From Candidatus Micrarchaeota archaeon (lineage in GTDB: Archaea; Micrarchaeota; Micrarchaeia; Anstonellales; Bilamarchaeaceae), in the NCBI GenBank assembly GCA_032123335.1, contig JAQBFN010000051.1, positions 1-39,995 on the forward strand: DNA of 39,995 nt, in the 5' to 3' direction. Position 1 is the stretch's first letter. Every line of letters begins with the position of its first letter. The notes beneath the pieces were generated by a model. The model saw nothing but the letters and a program-made list of their open reading frames with translations, made no database searches and was not told the origin of the DNA. Shown here in pieces: positions 1 to 9,019 of the stretch. A program made the translations under genes and the position numbers.

Positions 1-75
1 CAGGCAATCAACTACGAATCAAACGCAAACAAAACAGAGGAAGAGCAGGAAGAAGAACTGGAAGCGTTCCTTTAG
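1..75 (+). CDS. 3' end of a CDS entering the window (acidic C-terminus), product unknown
   Basis: Frame 1 reads QAINYESNANKTEEEQEEELEAFL then TAG (73-75), overlapping the stop of the convergent minus-strand gene. Confidence 0.6.
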   Translation, partial: QAINYESNANKTEEEQEEELEAFL

Positions 76-1367
76 TTCATATTGTTCATTTCATTGACAA
101 ATCTTGCAAGCTCCACATCCAGAGATTTATCATCCAGGATAGTGTCAATCATCTCCACGGCACCCGATTTCTCCCCCTTAATCTGCCCGCTTAAAAATGT
201 ACTAGAAAGAACGGGGGAGTCAATCCTTTCAATTGCCCACATTGCAGCATCTGAAACATTTTCCTCCATATCCGTTCCCAATGCTGCCTTGATAACCGCG
301 ATAGTCATCTTCTTTTCTATTTCCCCCCCATATCTCCCATCTGTCCCAAATCTGGTGATGGCATCATAAACAGTAATCATCATCTCAAATGCCCCCGCAC
401 GCACTTCATCCTCCTTTTCCCTGCTCTCCGCAACAGTAACAAGCGCATCCATCACCCTCCACAATTCTTTTGCAGTAAGCGTACCAACCATTTTCTCAAG
501 GGACAGCAGGGCAATCGAAAGCTCCCCGTTATCCGCAGCATTTTCTATTGCCTCAACAACATCCCCCACCAGGTCTTCCACAACAATGTTCCCTGAAAGA
601 GCTTGTATCAATATGGGCGAATCAATCTCACAGCTCGCCCTTTCAGCGGCCCCCAGAATCCACGGGTCACTGCTCTCCACAAGGCTAACAATCGCAATCG
701 CCATCCTGTATTCAGCCTCCAGGAACTCCTTGTCCAAGCCCATTGAATGCTCCCTTACGTTATCATCAATAGCTTCAGAAACAGAGCGCGCATCAAGCAA
801 AGGAAGCGCAGCCTGCGCACCTCCATCCACTTCAGCCCTCCCCTTCAGAACCTTCCCGGAAACACCCTTCCCATTCAAAGATTTCTTCACAATTTTCCTA
901 TGCACAAGAACCATCAAATCAAGGCACGCAGCCCTTATCTCCGGGCTCTTCTTCTTTTTCTCATCCAGCGCCCCCACAGAAAGCGAATCAATAACATCCC
1001 ACAAATCCTTCTTATTCAAAAATTCAAGCAGTGTCCCAAAAGCCCGGACCCCCCAGATAGCTTCATCAGTGTCCCCAGTCTCTACAGCTACAGTAGCCTC
1101 ATCAAATGTGGGGCCCGCAATCCTCCTGGACTCCTCATCCGGGCCGGAGGGGAGCTTGCTCCCATTATTACGGGTATTCACAACCGTCAGTGCACTAAGT
1201 TCCGATCTGGTAGCATCTGCTCTTCGCCCAATCAGATCCTTATGTGAAGAAAATTCATCCCCCCTTCGTATATTTGGCGGTGGCATATGCTGCCTATTCA
1301 ATCCGGGGACTGGCATTACTCCCCCGCTTTCCCTCGTAGCGCGGGCTAATGGCCTGGTCGGAGCCAT
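72..1367 (-). CDS. Hypothetical alpha-helical (HEAT-like) protein with an internal duplication; paralogue of the next gene
   Basis: Long ORF. ATG 1367 lies about 23 nt from a minus-strand TTTATAAA at about 1390-1398; an alternative ATG at 1316 follows GGGGGAG. Two units match: 'KDLWDVIDSL..IRAACLDLM..EIDSPIL' and 'KELWRVMDAL..VRAGAFEMM..RIDSPVL'. Confidence 0.75.
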   Translation of the reverse strand: MAPTRPLARATRESGGVMPVPGLNRQHMPPPNIRRGDEFSSHKDLIGRRADATRSELSALTVVNTRNNGSKLPSGPDEESRRIAGPTFDEATVAVETGDTDEAIWGVRAFGTLLEFLNKKDLWDVIDSLSVGALDEKKKKSPEIRAACLDLMVLVHRKIVKKSLNGKGVSGKVLKGRAEVDGGAQAALPLLDARSVSEAIDDNVREHSMGLDKEFLEAEYRMAIAIVSLVESSDPWILGAAERASCEIDSPILIQALSGNIVVEDLVGDVVEAIENAADNGELSIALLSLEKMVGTLTAKELWRVMDALVTVAESREKEDEVRAGAFEMMITVYDAITRFGTDGRYGGEIEKKMTIAVIKAALGTDMEENVSDAAMWAIERIDSPVLSSTFLSGQIKGEKSGAVEMIDTILDDKSLDVELARFVNEMNNMN

Positions 1368-1441
1368 TAACACAAACAAAACAAACAAGCTTTATAAATT
1401 TTTCCCCAGCGCTTTACGCCAATTATCGTAGTGCAATAAAT

Positions 1442-2212
1442 TCATCCAACATCTGAAAAATCAGTTTCGCTTTTCTTAACCCCAAAAATCTCTTCAATGC
1501 TTCTCTTCTCCCTTGGTTTGCGTGCCACAGCAGGTTCTTCTGCCCTAACCGCAGGCGTCGCCTCAAGCGGGTTCACTTTCCCCCCAAGCGCAATCCCGTT
1601 CATCACCTTCTTCGCATGCGGCGATTCCATCCTTAGAATCCCTTCCCTTATCGCCTTGGCAACATCAGTATTGTCAAACATTTCAGAGAGCGCAATAGCA
1701 TTCAGGAGCCCTATCATGGATTCCTCCCTCACTATCTCCATCCTCTCAAACCTCCTCTTTTCCGCAGCTATCTCCTCTTCAACTGCATGCAATACAGAGC
1801 CCGGATGAACCCTGGGAAGCGCTCCCTGCACAGGAACCTGGGCCTCCGCACTCCACGTAATCCCTTTCTTTTCTTCCTTCACCATCTTCCCCCGTATAGC
1901 ATTAAGCACGGAAACAATTGTATCCACTGCCTCCATCCTGTCAAAAGAAGTCTCCTTCTTATCCTTAATGACTGCAATAAGCGCATTTGAAGCATCCCAC
2001 AGCTCCTCCGTTTCATATCCGGAGGCAATCTTCCTCAAATCCCGCAATGCAGCGCTCCTGTTCAGCCCCCTCTCCCCGATATCCGCAATAAGCACGGAAA
2101 GCTTTGGAATGAGCTCCCGCTCACTAATGTCTTTTGCCCTGGCCGAGGGCCCCCTCGCCCTGGGCGGGGGAGTGGGTACTTCTGCCTCTCGTGTATGCTG
2201 CACTTTTCTCAT
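1442..2212 (-). CDS. Hypothetical helical protein with a single copy of the domain duplicated in 72..1367
   Basis: ORF with ATG 2212 downstream of a minus-strand TTTATATA (2244-2251). Contains 'EELWDASNAL..DRMEAVDTI..QGALP..RMESPH'. Confidence 0.75.
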   Translation of the reverse strand: MRKVQHTREAEVPTPPPRARGPSARAKDISERELIPKLSVLIADIGERGLNRSAALRDLRKIASGYETEELWDASNALIAVIKDKKETSFDRMEAVDTIVSVLNAIRGKMVKEEKKGITWSAEAQVPVQGALPRVHPGSVLHAVEEEIAAEKRRFERMEIVREESMIGLLNAIALSEMFDNTDVAKAIREGILRMESPHAKKVMNGIALGGKVNPLEATPAVRAEEPAVARKPREKRSIEEIFGVKKSETDFSDVG

Positions 2213-2318
2213 CTGGTCGCCGCACAATACAACACTAAAAAACTATATAAAGCTTATCGGAAGCACCGGAAACCTCCTCCATAAATTCCTTATAAACATT
2301 GCCCCGAGTGCCCAACCC

Positions 2319-3446
2319 ATGGTATCGGCCGAAAAGGTACGGGCGCTTTCCGAACTCGCTTCCTACGACATGGAGCAGGAGGAGCAGCTCAAGCATGTTC
2401 CCCTTGGAAGCAGTGGTCCCCTCCACATTTATGAAGCAAAAACTCCCATGGGGAAGTGCACCCTTTTCAAGACCCTGATGACCAACAAATGCAAAATGGA
2501 CTGCAAATACTGTGTAAATGCGCACTGCTCAAAAAGCAAGGCATTTTGGAAATACACTCCCCAGGAGCTCGCAAACACCTTCATGGCCATCTACAGAAAG
2601 CGCATCGCCCAGGGCTTATTCCTCTCCTCTTCAATAGAGGACCCCGTACCCAGCATGGAATCCATAATCGAATCCGCCCACATCCTCCGCACAAAAATGC
2701 GCTACAAAGGCTACATGCACCTCAAAATACTCCCCGGCTCCACCCAGGACCAGGTTAAGCGCGCAATGCAATACGCAGACCGCGTTTCCATAAACCTGGA
2801 AACCGTTTCCCCATCCCATCTTTCCGAAATCGCCTCCAACAAGGACTTCAAGAACGACATACTCAAGAGGCAGGCTTGGGTGAGGGGCTTCCAATCACGC
2901 TTCAAGCACTCCCGGGGAACCGGGAGTGTCTCCCACACGTCCCAGGTAATGGCCGGAGTAAACGGGGAATCCGACCAGGACATATTCACCCTCGCAGCAT
3001 CCGAATACGACCACATGAACCTTACCCGCATGTACTATTCCGCTTTCAAGCCCGTCTTAGGTACACCCCTGGAGAGGAATTCTGCCGCCCCCCTGTGGAG
3101 GCAGAACCGCCTCTACCAGCTCGACTGGCTTTACCGCGTATACAAATACTCACGAGATGAGGTGCAGCCTGCTTTTTTCGATAACGGGTTCCTGCAAAAC
3201 ATGGACCCCAAGGTCGCCATAGCCAGGACTAATTTTGAACGGCCCCTGGAAATAAATGGAGCCGAGGAAAGGGACCTTATAAAGGTCCCCGGAATCGGCC
3301 CAAAAACCGCAAAATCCCTTGCAAAAGCCAAGGAAAAAATAACCTCCATGGTCACATTAAAGAGGCACGGGGTCGTCTTAGGAAGAGCACTATCTTTCAT
3401 AAAAATAAATGGACTCCACCAGACAACCCTTGCCTCTTTTAACTAA
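2319..3446 (+). CDS. Radical SAM protein with C-terminal helix-hairpin-helix (putative DNA modification/repair radical SAM, TIGR03916-like)
   Basis: CxxxCxxC (CKMDCKYC), GLFLSS, GYMHLKILPG, ADRVSINLE, RLYQLDWLYRVY and HhH 'LIKVPGIGPKTA'. ATG 2319 follows CTTATAAA at about 2289-2296. Confidence 0.85.
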   Translation: MVSAEKVRALSELASYDMEQEEQLKHVPLGSSGPLHIYEAKTPMGKCTLFKTLMTNKCKMDCKYCVNAHCSKSKAFWKYTPQELANTFMAIYRKRIAQGLFLSSSIEDPVPSMESIIESAHILRTKMRYKGYMHLKILPGSTQDQVKRAMQYADRVSINLETVSPSHLSEIASNKDFKNDILKRQAWVRGFQSRFKHSRGTGSVSHTSQVMAGVNGESDQDIFTLAASEYDHMNLTRMYYSAFKPVLGTPLERNSAAPLWRQNRLYQLDWLYRVYKYSRDEVQPAFFDNGFLQNMDPKVAIARTNFERPLEINGAEERDLIKVPGIGPKTAKSLAKAKEKITSMVTLKRHGVVLGRALSFIKINGLHQTTLASFN

Positions 3447-3479
3447 GCTTTTTATTCTCTTTCTTCCAATTACCTTCCA

Positions 3480-3839
3480 ATGGCACTGGCACTGCACAAG
3501 ATTGAGGCGCAGCCCCATACAAGGAAGCGCTTCTTCATCAATAGGCTCCTTACTGACCCCCCGGAAATAAAGCCCCTAAAGGAACTCCTGGGCAGGATAC
3601 ACGCCAGGCCCTATGATGTAGGCCTAAACGATATACTCGAAGCAAAATCCCTTTTCTTATCTATCCACCCCTCCGAGCGCAATGAGAACCTACAGCTCAG
3701 CCTATTCGCTGCGTTCTCCCGTGTAATCGTAGGCTCAACCAGGAAATTCATCAGAATCAAAGCCCAAAACGAGAGGGATTCTATCCCCTGGACATTCCGG
3801 GAAACCCTTATCCCCCCAGCAAGTGCAAAAGAATACTAA
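3480..3839 (+). CDS. Hypothetical protein (119 aa)
   Basis: ORF fills the gap between genes, with a T-rich TATA-like element about 25 nt upstream. No recognisable motif. Confidence 0.6.
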   Translation: MALALHKIEAQPHTRKRFFINRLLTDPPEIKPLKELLGRIHARPYDVGLNDILEAKSLFLSIHPSERNENLQLSLFAAFSRVIVGSTRKFIRIKAQNERDSIPWTFRETLIPPASAKEY

Positions 3840-3933
3840 TTTAATCTTATATTCGCAATATTCTCCAAGTGGAAGGTGTGATATATATTTAAATACATTA
3901 CTACCCATAAATAATAACACTGGTGAGCCCTAA

Positions 3934-4980
3934 ATGACCAAAGAAAACCCCCTAAGGAATCTAAAGTTCGTTAATCCTTCCCCCAACACCCAGCCCAAGC
4001 CCAGGGAATTCTCAAAAGCAGAGCCCGCTCTGGACATTAAGCTCGCACCCCGGAACATGCCGTTAATGAGGGAGCTCATCCGTACAGAAAACGAAATAAA
4101 AAACGCAGACCGCGATGACATTTATTCCCTTGCAGTAATAATGAAAGCCTGCAGGAAGTGGAAAGCATTTTCCGAAGTTTCCACTGAAAAAGAGGACGAA
4201 GATGCACTTCCCTATTTTAGGCGCTTCGTAAGGGAGATGAAAAGCTATATTTCAGACAGCCCCAAGGAAAGAGCCATCCCAGCAATGCACGACCTTGCCG
4301 AACTTATGCCGATTAATATTTCCTCAGTTTCATACGCGCTTACAGAGATATATGGGGACACCAGGGAGGAAATAAGGAAAACTGCGTTTGCCCACCTTGA
4401 AAGGAATTCCTTCAGATTCATAAATGCAGCGAACTTCTTTGAGCGGAAGCAGTATTCTATGCTTGATCAGATTAGCACAATACTCGAAACATATGCAGAG
4501 GAAGCGTATACATCACCTGAAACTGCAATCATCGATCACATGAATGGGGACTCAAGGCATCCACACCCCCCTAATGAGAAAATAGCAACTTCAATATCAA
4601 CTTTCCTCTTTTTCCAGAAAGAGGGCCTCATCCGCAGCAGCGAAGGAATAGACCTTCTTCCGTATGCAATCTCCTGGGCGTCTGAACACTACGATACAGA
4701 CAAGATAGATTTCATGATAGACAGGATCTCCGACCTTCCGCGCGGATTCAGGAAGGAAATCCTCCTCAAAGTAGTAATTTTTGCGAACTCAGAGCCGATA
4801 AGATTGTGTGCCCTCGACCTGCTCCTGGATATGGGCGTGCACACAGTAAAGAGTGAAGAGGAACTAGGCGGGATGGAAGACCTTGCGCTTGTGAACAGGC
4901 TCCTGAGGGACACATTTGAACAATCGTACAGTGGGTTTGCAGATAATATCGTGATGCTGCCAAGCTCAGCCCTGCACTAA
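3934..4980 (+). CDS. Hypothetical, probably alpha-helical (HEAT/ARM-like) protein
   Basis: 348-aa ORF preceded by TTTAAATA (3888-3895) and a GGTGA Shine-Dalgarno. Amphipathic helical pattern, e.g. 'REEIRKTAFAHL' and 'EPIRLCALDLL'. Confidence 0.75.
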   Translation: MTKENPLRNLKFVNPSPNTQPKPREFSKAEPALDIKLAPRNMPLMRELIRTENEIKNADRDDIYSLAVIMKACRKWKAFSEVSTEKEDEDALPYFRRFVREMKSYISDSPKERAIPAMHDLAELMPINISSVSYALTEIYGDTREEIRKTAFAHLERNSFRFINAANFFERKQYSMLDQISTILETYAEEAYTSPETAIIDHMNGDSRHPHPPNEKIATSISTFLFFQKEGLIRSSEGIDLLPYAISWASEHYDTDKIDFMIDRISDLPRGFRKEILLKVVIFANSEPIRLCALDLLLDMGVHTVKSEEELGGMEDLALVNRLLRDTFEQSYSGFADNIVMLPSSALH

Positions 4981-5011
4981 TTATTTTAACCTGCTCACCC
5001 ATACCCACTCC

Positions 5012-6310
5012 ATGAAAAGGAAAGTATTAATTCTGGGAGCAGCAGGCAGGGATTTTCATAATTTCAATACATATTTCCGCAACAATGAAAACTACGAAGT
5101 AATCGGATTTACTGCAACCCAAATCCCTGGAATAGAGGAACGCAAATACCCCTCTTCCCTCGCCGGCTCCCTCTACCCCGATGGCATCCCCATCTTCCCA
5201 GAAGACCACCTGGAAACAATCATAAAGGAAAAAGGAATCAACGATGTTGCATTCTCCTATTCCGATGTTACTCATGAATATGTAATGCACCTCGCCTCCC
5301 GCTCACTCGCAGCAGGCGCATCCTACCTCCTCCTCGGCCCAAACGACACCTGCATCCAGAGCACAAAACCAGTATTCGCAATCTGCGCAACCCGCACAGG
5401 CGCAGGAAAATCCCCGCTCTCCAAGCTCATCTCAAAGCACTTAGTGGAAAAAGGCGTAAAGCTCGCAGTAATCCGCCACCCCATGCCCTACGGAGACCTG
5501 GAAAAACAAGCTGTCCAGCGCTTCCAAACTCTTGAAGATTTAGACAGGCACAACTGCACAATAGAAGAAAGGGAAGAATATGAAGGCCACATAAAAAACG
5601 GAGTCCTCCTTTTCGCAGGAGTAGATTACGAAGCAATCCTTCGCGAAGCAGAAAAAGAAGCAGATCTGATAATGTGGGACGGAGGAAACAACGATTACCC
5701 CTTCTACAAAACCAACCTGCTAATCACAATCGCAGATGCGCTCCGCCCGGAGCATGGATACCACTATTTCCCAGGGGAAGTAAACCTCCGCATGGCCGAC
5801 ATAATCCTGATAAGCAAGGCTTCCCAAAATCCAAAAGGCGCAGAAAAAGTAGAAGCTCTCGCGCACAAGCTCAACCCAAACGCGCACATACTGCGCGCAG
5901 ACATTGAGGTTTCCACTCCAGAAAACATAGAAGGAAAAGAAGTAATAGTAGTAGAAGACGGCCCAACTCTAACCCACGGAGGAATGGAATATGGAGCAGG
6001 ATTGCTCGCAGCAAAAAAAGCAGGCGCAAACCCAATCTCCCCAGTTCCCTACGCAGTAGGATCCATAAGAGACACCTTCAAGAGCTTCCCCCACACAACC
6101 CAGGTACTCCCCGCAATGGGCTACGGAAAAAAGCAGATGGAAGAGCTTCAGGAAACAATAAATGCAATGCCCCAGGAAATAATTGTTTCCGGAACCCCCA
6201 TGGACATTTCCAAAGTAATCACCACTGAGAAAACAATCCTGCAGGTTACCTACACCTACAAAGAACAGGAAGTGGAATCCATCCTGGAAAGGATCCAGTC
6301 CCTCCTCTGA
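5012..6310 (+). CDS. COG2403 P-loop protein (cDPG-synthetase-like 'GTPase'); probable arginine synthetase ArcE-like
   Basis: GAAGRDFHNFN, TATQIPGI, P-loop ATRTGAGKS, RHPMPYG, TIEEREEYE, WDGGNND and VEDGPTLTHGGM. Confidence 0.85.
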   Translation: MKRKVLILGAAGRDFHNFNTYFRNNENYEVIGFTATQIPGIEERKYPSSLAGSLYPDGIPIFPEDHLETIIKEKGINDVAFSYSDVTHEYVMHLASRSLAAGASYLLLGPNDTCIQSTKPVFAICATRTGAGKSPLSKLISKHLVEKGVKLAVIRHPMPYGDLEKQAVQRFQTLEDLDRHNCTIEEREEYEGHIKNGVLLFAGVDYEAILREAEKEADLIMWDGGNNDYPFYKTNLLITIADALRPEHGYHYFPGEVNLRMADIILISKASQNPKGAEKVEALAHKLNPNAHILRADIEVSTPENIEGKEVIVVEDGPTLTHGGMEYGAGLLAAKKAGANPISPVPYAVGSIRDTFKSFPHTTQVLPAMGYGKKQMEELQETINAMPQEIIVSGTPMDISKVITTEKTILQVTYTYKEQEVESILERIQSLL

Positions 6311-6349
6311 CAAATTCATTTTTAAATATATCCATTTTTAGATACATCC

Positions 6350-6754
6350 ATGCCTTCTTACGAAAAGATATCTGCAGAGATACCTAAATCCATAAAGCAC
6401 ATTTTTCCTGATCCAAAGGAAGGCAAAAAGAAGGCAAGTGCAAAGATGCACAAGAAAATTGCAACCACATACATACTCTGGATAATAGAAAAAGAACCAA
6501 TGACAGGATATCAGCTCATGAAGAAGCTCAAAGAGGACCACCAGGAATCCCTTTCCAAACCCTCAAGGATTTACCCCTTCCTCGTAAACCTTGAAACCCA
6601 GGGCCTGCTCCGCTCAAAAATCCTTAAAAAAGGAAAGCGTGAGAGCAAGCAGTATACCATAACCCCGAAAGGGAAGCTGGTAATCTCCACAAGCAGGAAA
6701 ATCCTTTCCCAGATGCTCTGGGGAGAATTTCTGCAGGATATCTCACGGAGGTAA
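6350..6754 (+). CDS. PadR-family transcriptional regulator
   Basis: ILWIIEKEPMTGYQLMKKL...IYPFLVNLETQGLL...YTITPKG. Its stop overlaps the next ATG (TAATG). Confidence 0.85.
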   Translation: MPSYEKISAEIPKSIKHIFPDPKEGKKKASAKMHKKIATTYILWIIEKEPMTGYQLMKKLKEDHQESLSKPSRIYPFLVNLETQGLLRSKILKKGKRESKQYTITPKGKLVISTSRKILSQMLWGEFLQDISRR

Positions 6755-7509
6755 TGCCCATGGAAAAGAAAAAGAAGAACGATGGATTCCCGGTGCTGGA
6801 GCTCAACAACGTATGGAAGACATACGAGATGGGCGAGGAAAAAATCCATGCACTCAGGGAGTTCAACCTCCAGATAGACCAGAATGATTACATGAGCATA
6901 GTAGGCCCCAGCGGAAGCGGCAAAAGCACCCTGCTCCACATGCTCGGCCTCCTGGATGTGCCCACGAAGGGGCATGTCCATATGGATGGAAAGGATGTTT
7001 CCAAGATGAGCACAGACCAGCGCGCAATCATGCGCGGAAAGAAAATAGGATTCGTATTCCAGGTATTCAACCTTGTCCCTTCCCTCACCGCATTGGAGAA
7101 TGTAGCTCTCCCCATGATGATACAGAGCATAGACAAATCCGAAAGGGAGGAAAAAGCAGCAAAAATCCTTTCAAGTTTGGGCATGGGAGACCGCCTTGAC
7201 CACATCCCTGGAGAGCTTTCCGGAGGCCAAAGGCAGAGGGTTGCAATGGCCCGCGCCTTAGTAAACGACCCGGAACTCATACTTGCAGATGAACCCACAG
7301 GAAACCTGGACTCAAAAACAGGTGAGGAAGTGGTAAAATTATTCGACAAGCTTCACAAGGAAGGAAGAACAATCGTAGTAGTAACGCATGACACGGGAAT
7401 TGCAAAGCATGCGGATGAACAGGTCTACATAGTAGATGGAATGATAAAGGACTGGACGGGGAAATCCCACCTAGAATACACAAGAAAATTACAAAAAAAT
7501 AATGTTTAA
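6754..7509 (+). CDS. ABC transporter ATP-binding protein, MacB/LolD type
   Basis: Walker A GPSGSGKS, signature LSGGQRQR, Walker B ILADEPTGNLD and VTHD switch. Confidence 0.95.
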   Translation: MPMEKKKKNDGFPVLELNNVWKTYEMGEEKIHALREFNLQIDQNDYMSIVGPSGSGKSTLLHMLGLLDVPTKGHVHMDGKDVSKMSTDQRAIMRGKKIGFVFQVFNLVPSLTALENVALPMMIQSIDKSEREEKAAKILSSLGMGDRLDHIPGELSGGQRQRVAMARALVNDPELILADEPTGNLDSKTGEEVVKLFDKLHKEGRTIVVVTHDTGIAKHADEQVYIVDGMIKDWTGKSHLEYTRKLQKNNV

Positions 7510-7519
7510 GGTGAATGAT

Positions 7520-9019
7520 ATGGAGTTTAGATATGCGCTTTTCGCGCTTATGGTATTTGGATTGGCTTTCGCAGGGTTGAGCATAAGCGATTATACTCTT
7601 TCCCCGGAAGTGGTTGAGCCCGGAACCTCCGGCTTCCTGCAGATTATTGTTTCAAACACGGGAACGATGGATTCTGTTGAAAGAGTGACTATCACAGTCA
7701 GTTCCACATCTGCACTTGGAATCGACCGTAGCTTCTTAGTCGGAGACCTTGATGCCGGCTCTTCCGTAATGGTGTCGCTTCCATTCACAGCATCCGAGGA
7801 TATCGCAAGCGGCTATTACACTGTTGAAATAAAGGCAGTAGGAATGGCTCTTGAATATTATTATGAGACGTATGGGTCGGGAGTGGATAAGGAGATGGTT
7901 ATCAAATCCAAAACATCAACTTTCACCAAGCACTCCTCAATCCCTGTGCAGGTGGTTGAGCAGCCCTTAATCTCAGTTGGCCTCTCAGAGGAAAGCATCG
8001 AGGAGTTTACTGAAGAAACCTTTATGTTCACAAATACAGGCGGGAAAGCAAAGAACCTCAAAGTGACCGTCCTTAATGAAGGAATCGGTTTCCTTAACCA
8101 GGACCAGCTTTACCTAGAAGAGCTTGATGGAACAGCAACCGTTTCCGCAACCCTGGATGCAAGGGGTGCGCAGGAAGGCGCAACCAAGCTCCAGCTCCAG
8201 CTTGTTTACCGGAATGAGCTTGGAAGCGAAATCACAGAAACCAAGTCAATTCCAATTACCGTAAATAAAGCTGAAGGCGATTTCGTGTTTGTGCAGGAAG
8301 GCACAATAGTAACCGGTGAAAACGAGAACCTCCAGCTCAAGCTCACAAATGAAGGAAATGGGGTAACCAACCTCCGCCTCACTTTCCAGAGCGATGAGGT
8401 GCGCCTTCGCGGCCTCAATAAATACACCATAGGGAATATCGCCACAGGGGAAACAAAAACCCTGAGCGTTCCGCTTATCGCAAACCTTCCTCCCGGGACC
8501 CAGAATGTGGTTCTCTCCCTTACCTGGGAGGAATCCGGGGAAGAGCGCATGGGCATAGTTACAGTTCCGCTCCAGGTAATCTCCGATTCCACAGTAGGCG
8601 TGTTCCTTGAAGCAAAACCAACCCCGCTCACAGTCGGGGGGGAGCACACAATCTCCGTAACCGTTTCCAACCTTGGCTCCTATGGCATTGAAGGGACCAC
8701 GGTTGAGCTGGAAAGCGAAGCACTTACCCTGCTCACAATCCAGCCCCAGCAGTTCATCGGAGGCCTGGAAAGCGATGATTTCTCCAGCGTGCAATACAAG
8801 GTCCGTGTGAACTACCTTGAGCCCGGCACCTACCCTGCAAAGGTAAAAGTAACTTTCAGGGACGAGTCCGGAACCTGGGTAACAATAGAAGATGAAACGA
8901 ATATTGGAATCTCAGAAGCCGTCCAGGAAGAAGCCTGCCCAATGCCAATGCTTGCAGTTGGGGTTGCAGTATTGCTCGTGGTTGGCTACTGGTGGTTTAG
9001 GATGAGGAAGAAGAAATGA
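7520..9019 (+). CDS. S-layer-domain (COG1361-like) Ig-fold surface protein
   Basis: N-terminal signal peptide, repeated beta-sandwich units with 'N-x-G' motifs (SNTG, TNTG, TNEG, SNLG), and a C-terminal TM helix followed by RMRKKK. AGGTGA SD before ATG 7520. Confidence 0.8.
   Translation: MEFRYALFALMVFGLAFAGLSISDYTLSPEVVEPGTSGFLQIIVSNTGTMDSVERVTITVSSTSALGIDRSFLVGDLDAGSSVMVSLPFTASEDIASGYYTVEIKAVGMALEYYYETYGSGVDKEMVIKSKTSTFTKHSSIPVQVVEQPLISVGLSEESIEEFTEETFMFTNTGGKAKNLKVTVLNEGIGFLNQDQLYLEELDGTATVSATLDARGAQEGATKLQLQLVYRNELGSEITETKSIPITVNKAEGDFVFVQEGTIVTGENENLQLKLTNEGNGVTNLRLTFQSDEVRLRGLNKYTIGNIATGETKTLSVPLIANLPPGTQNVVLSLTWEESGEERMGIVTVPLQVISDSTVGVFLEAKPTPLTVGGEHTISVTVSNLGSYGIEGTTVELESEALTLLTIQPQQFIGGLESDDFSSVQYKVRVNYLEPGTYPAKVKVTFRDESGTWVTIEDETNIGISEAVQEEACPMPMLAVGVAVLLVVGYWWFRMRKKK

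Noticed and set aside
1323..1369. Two tandem hairpins (TAATGGC/GCCATTA and CCCGC/GCGGG) as a possible riboswitch
   Set aside because: The TATA spacing favours a leaderless start at 1367, which places them inside the coding sequence. The stems are short and match no known aptamer.
586..1431. 281-aa plus-strand ORF and other long antisense ORFs (e.g. 25854..26675, 33529..34356, 35861..36529)
   Set aside because: These are Ser/Phe/Pro-rich shadows of purine-rich genes on the opposite strand, with no motifs.
1968..2318. N-terminal extension of the radical SAM ORF in the track
   Set aside because: It is antisense to the 1442..2212 gene. The TATA box and family motifs point to ATG 2319.
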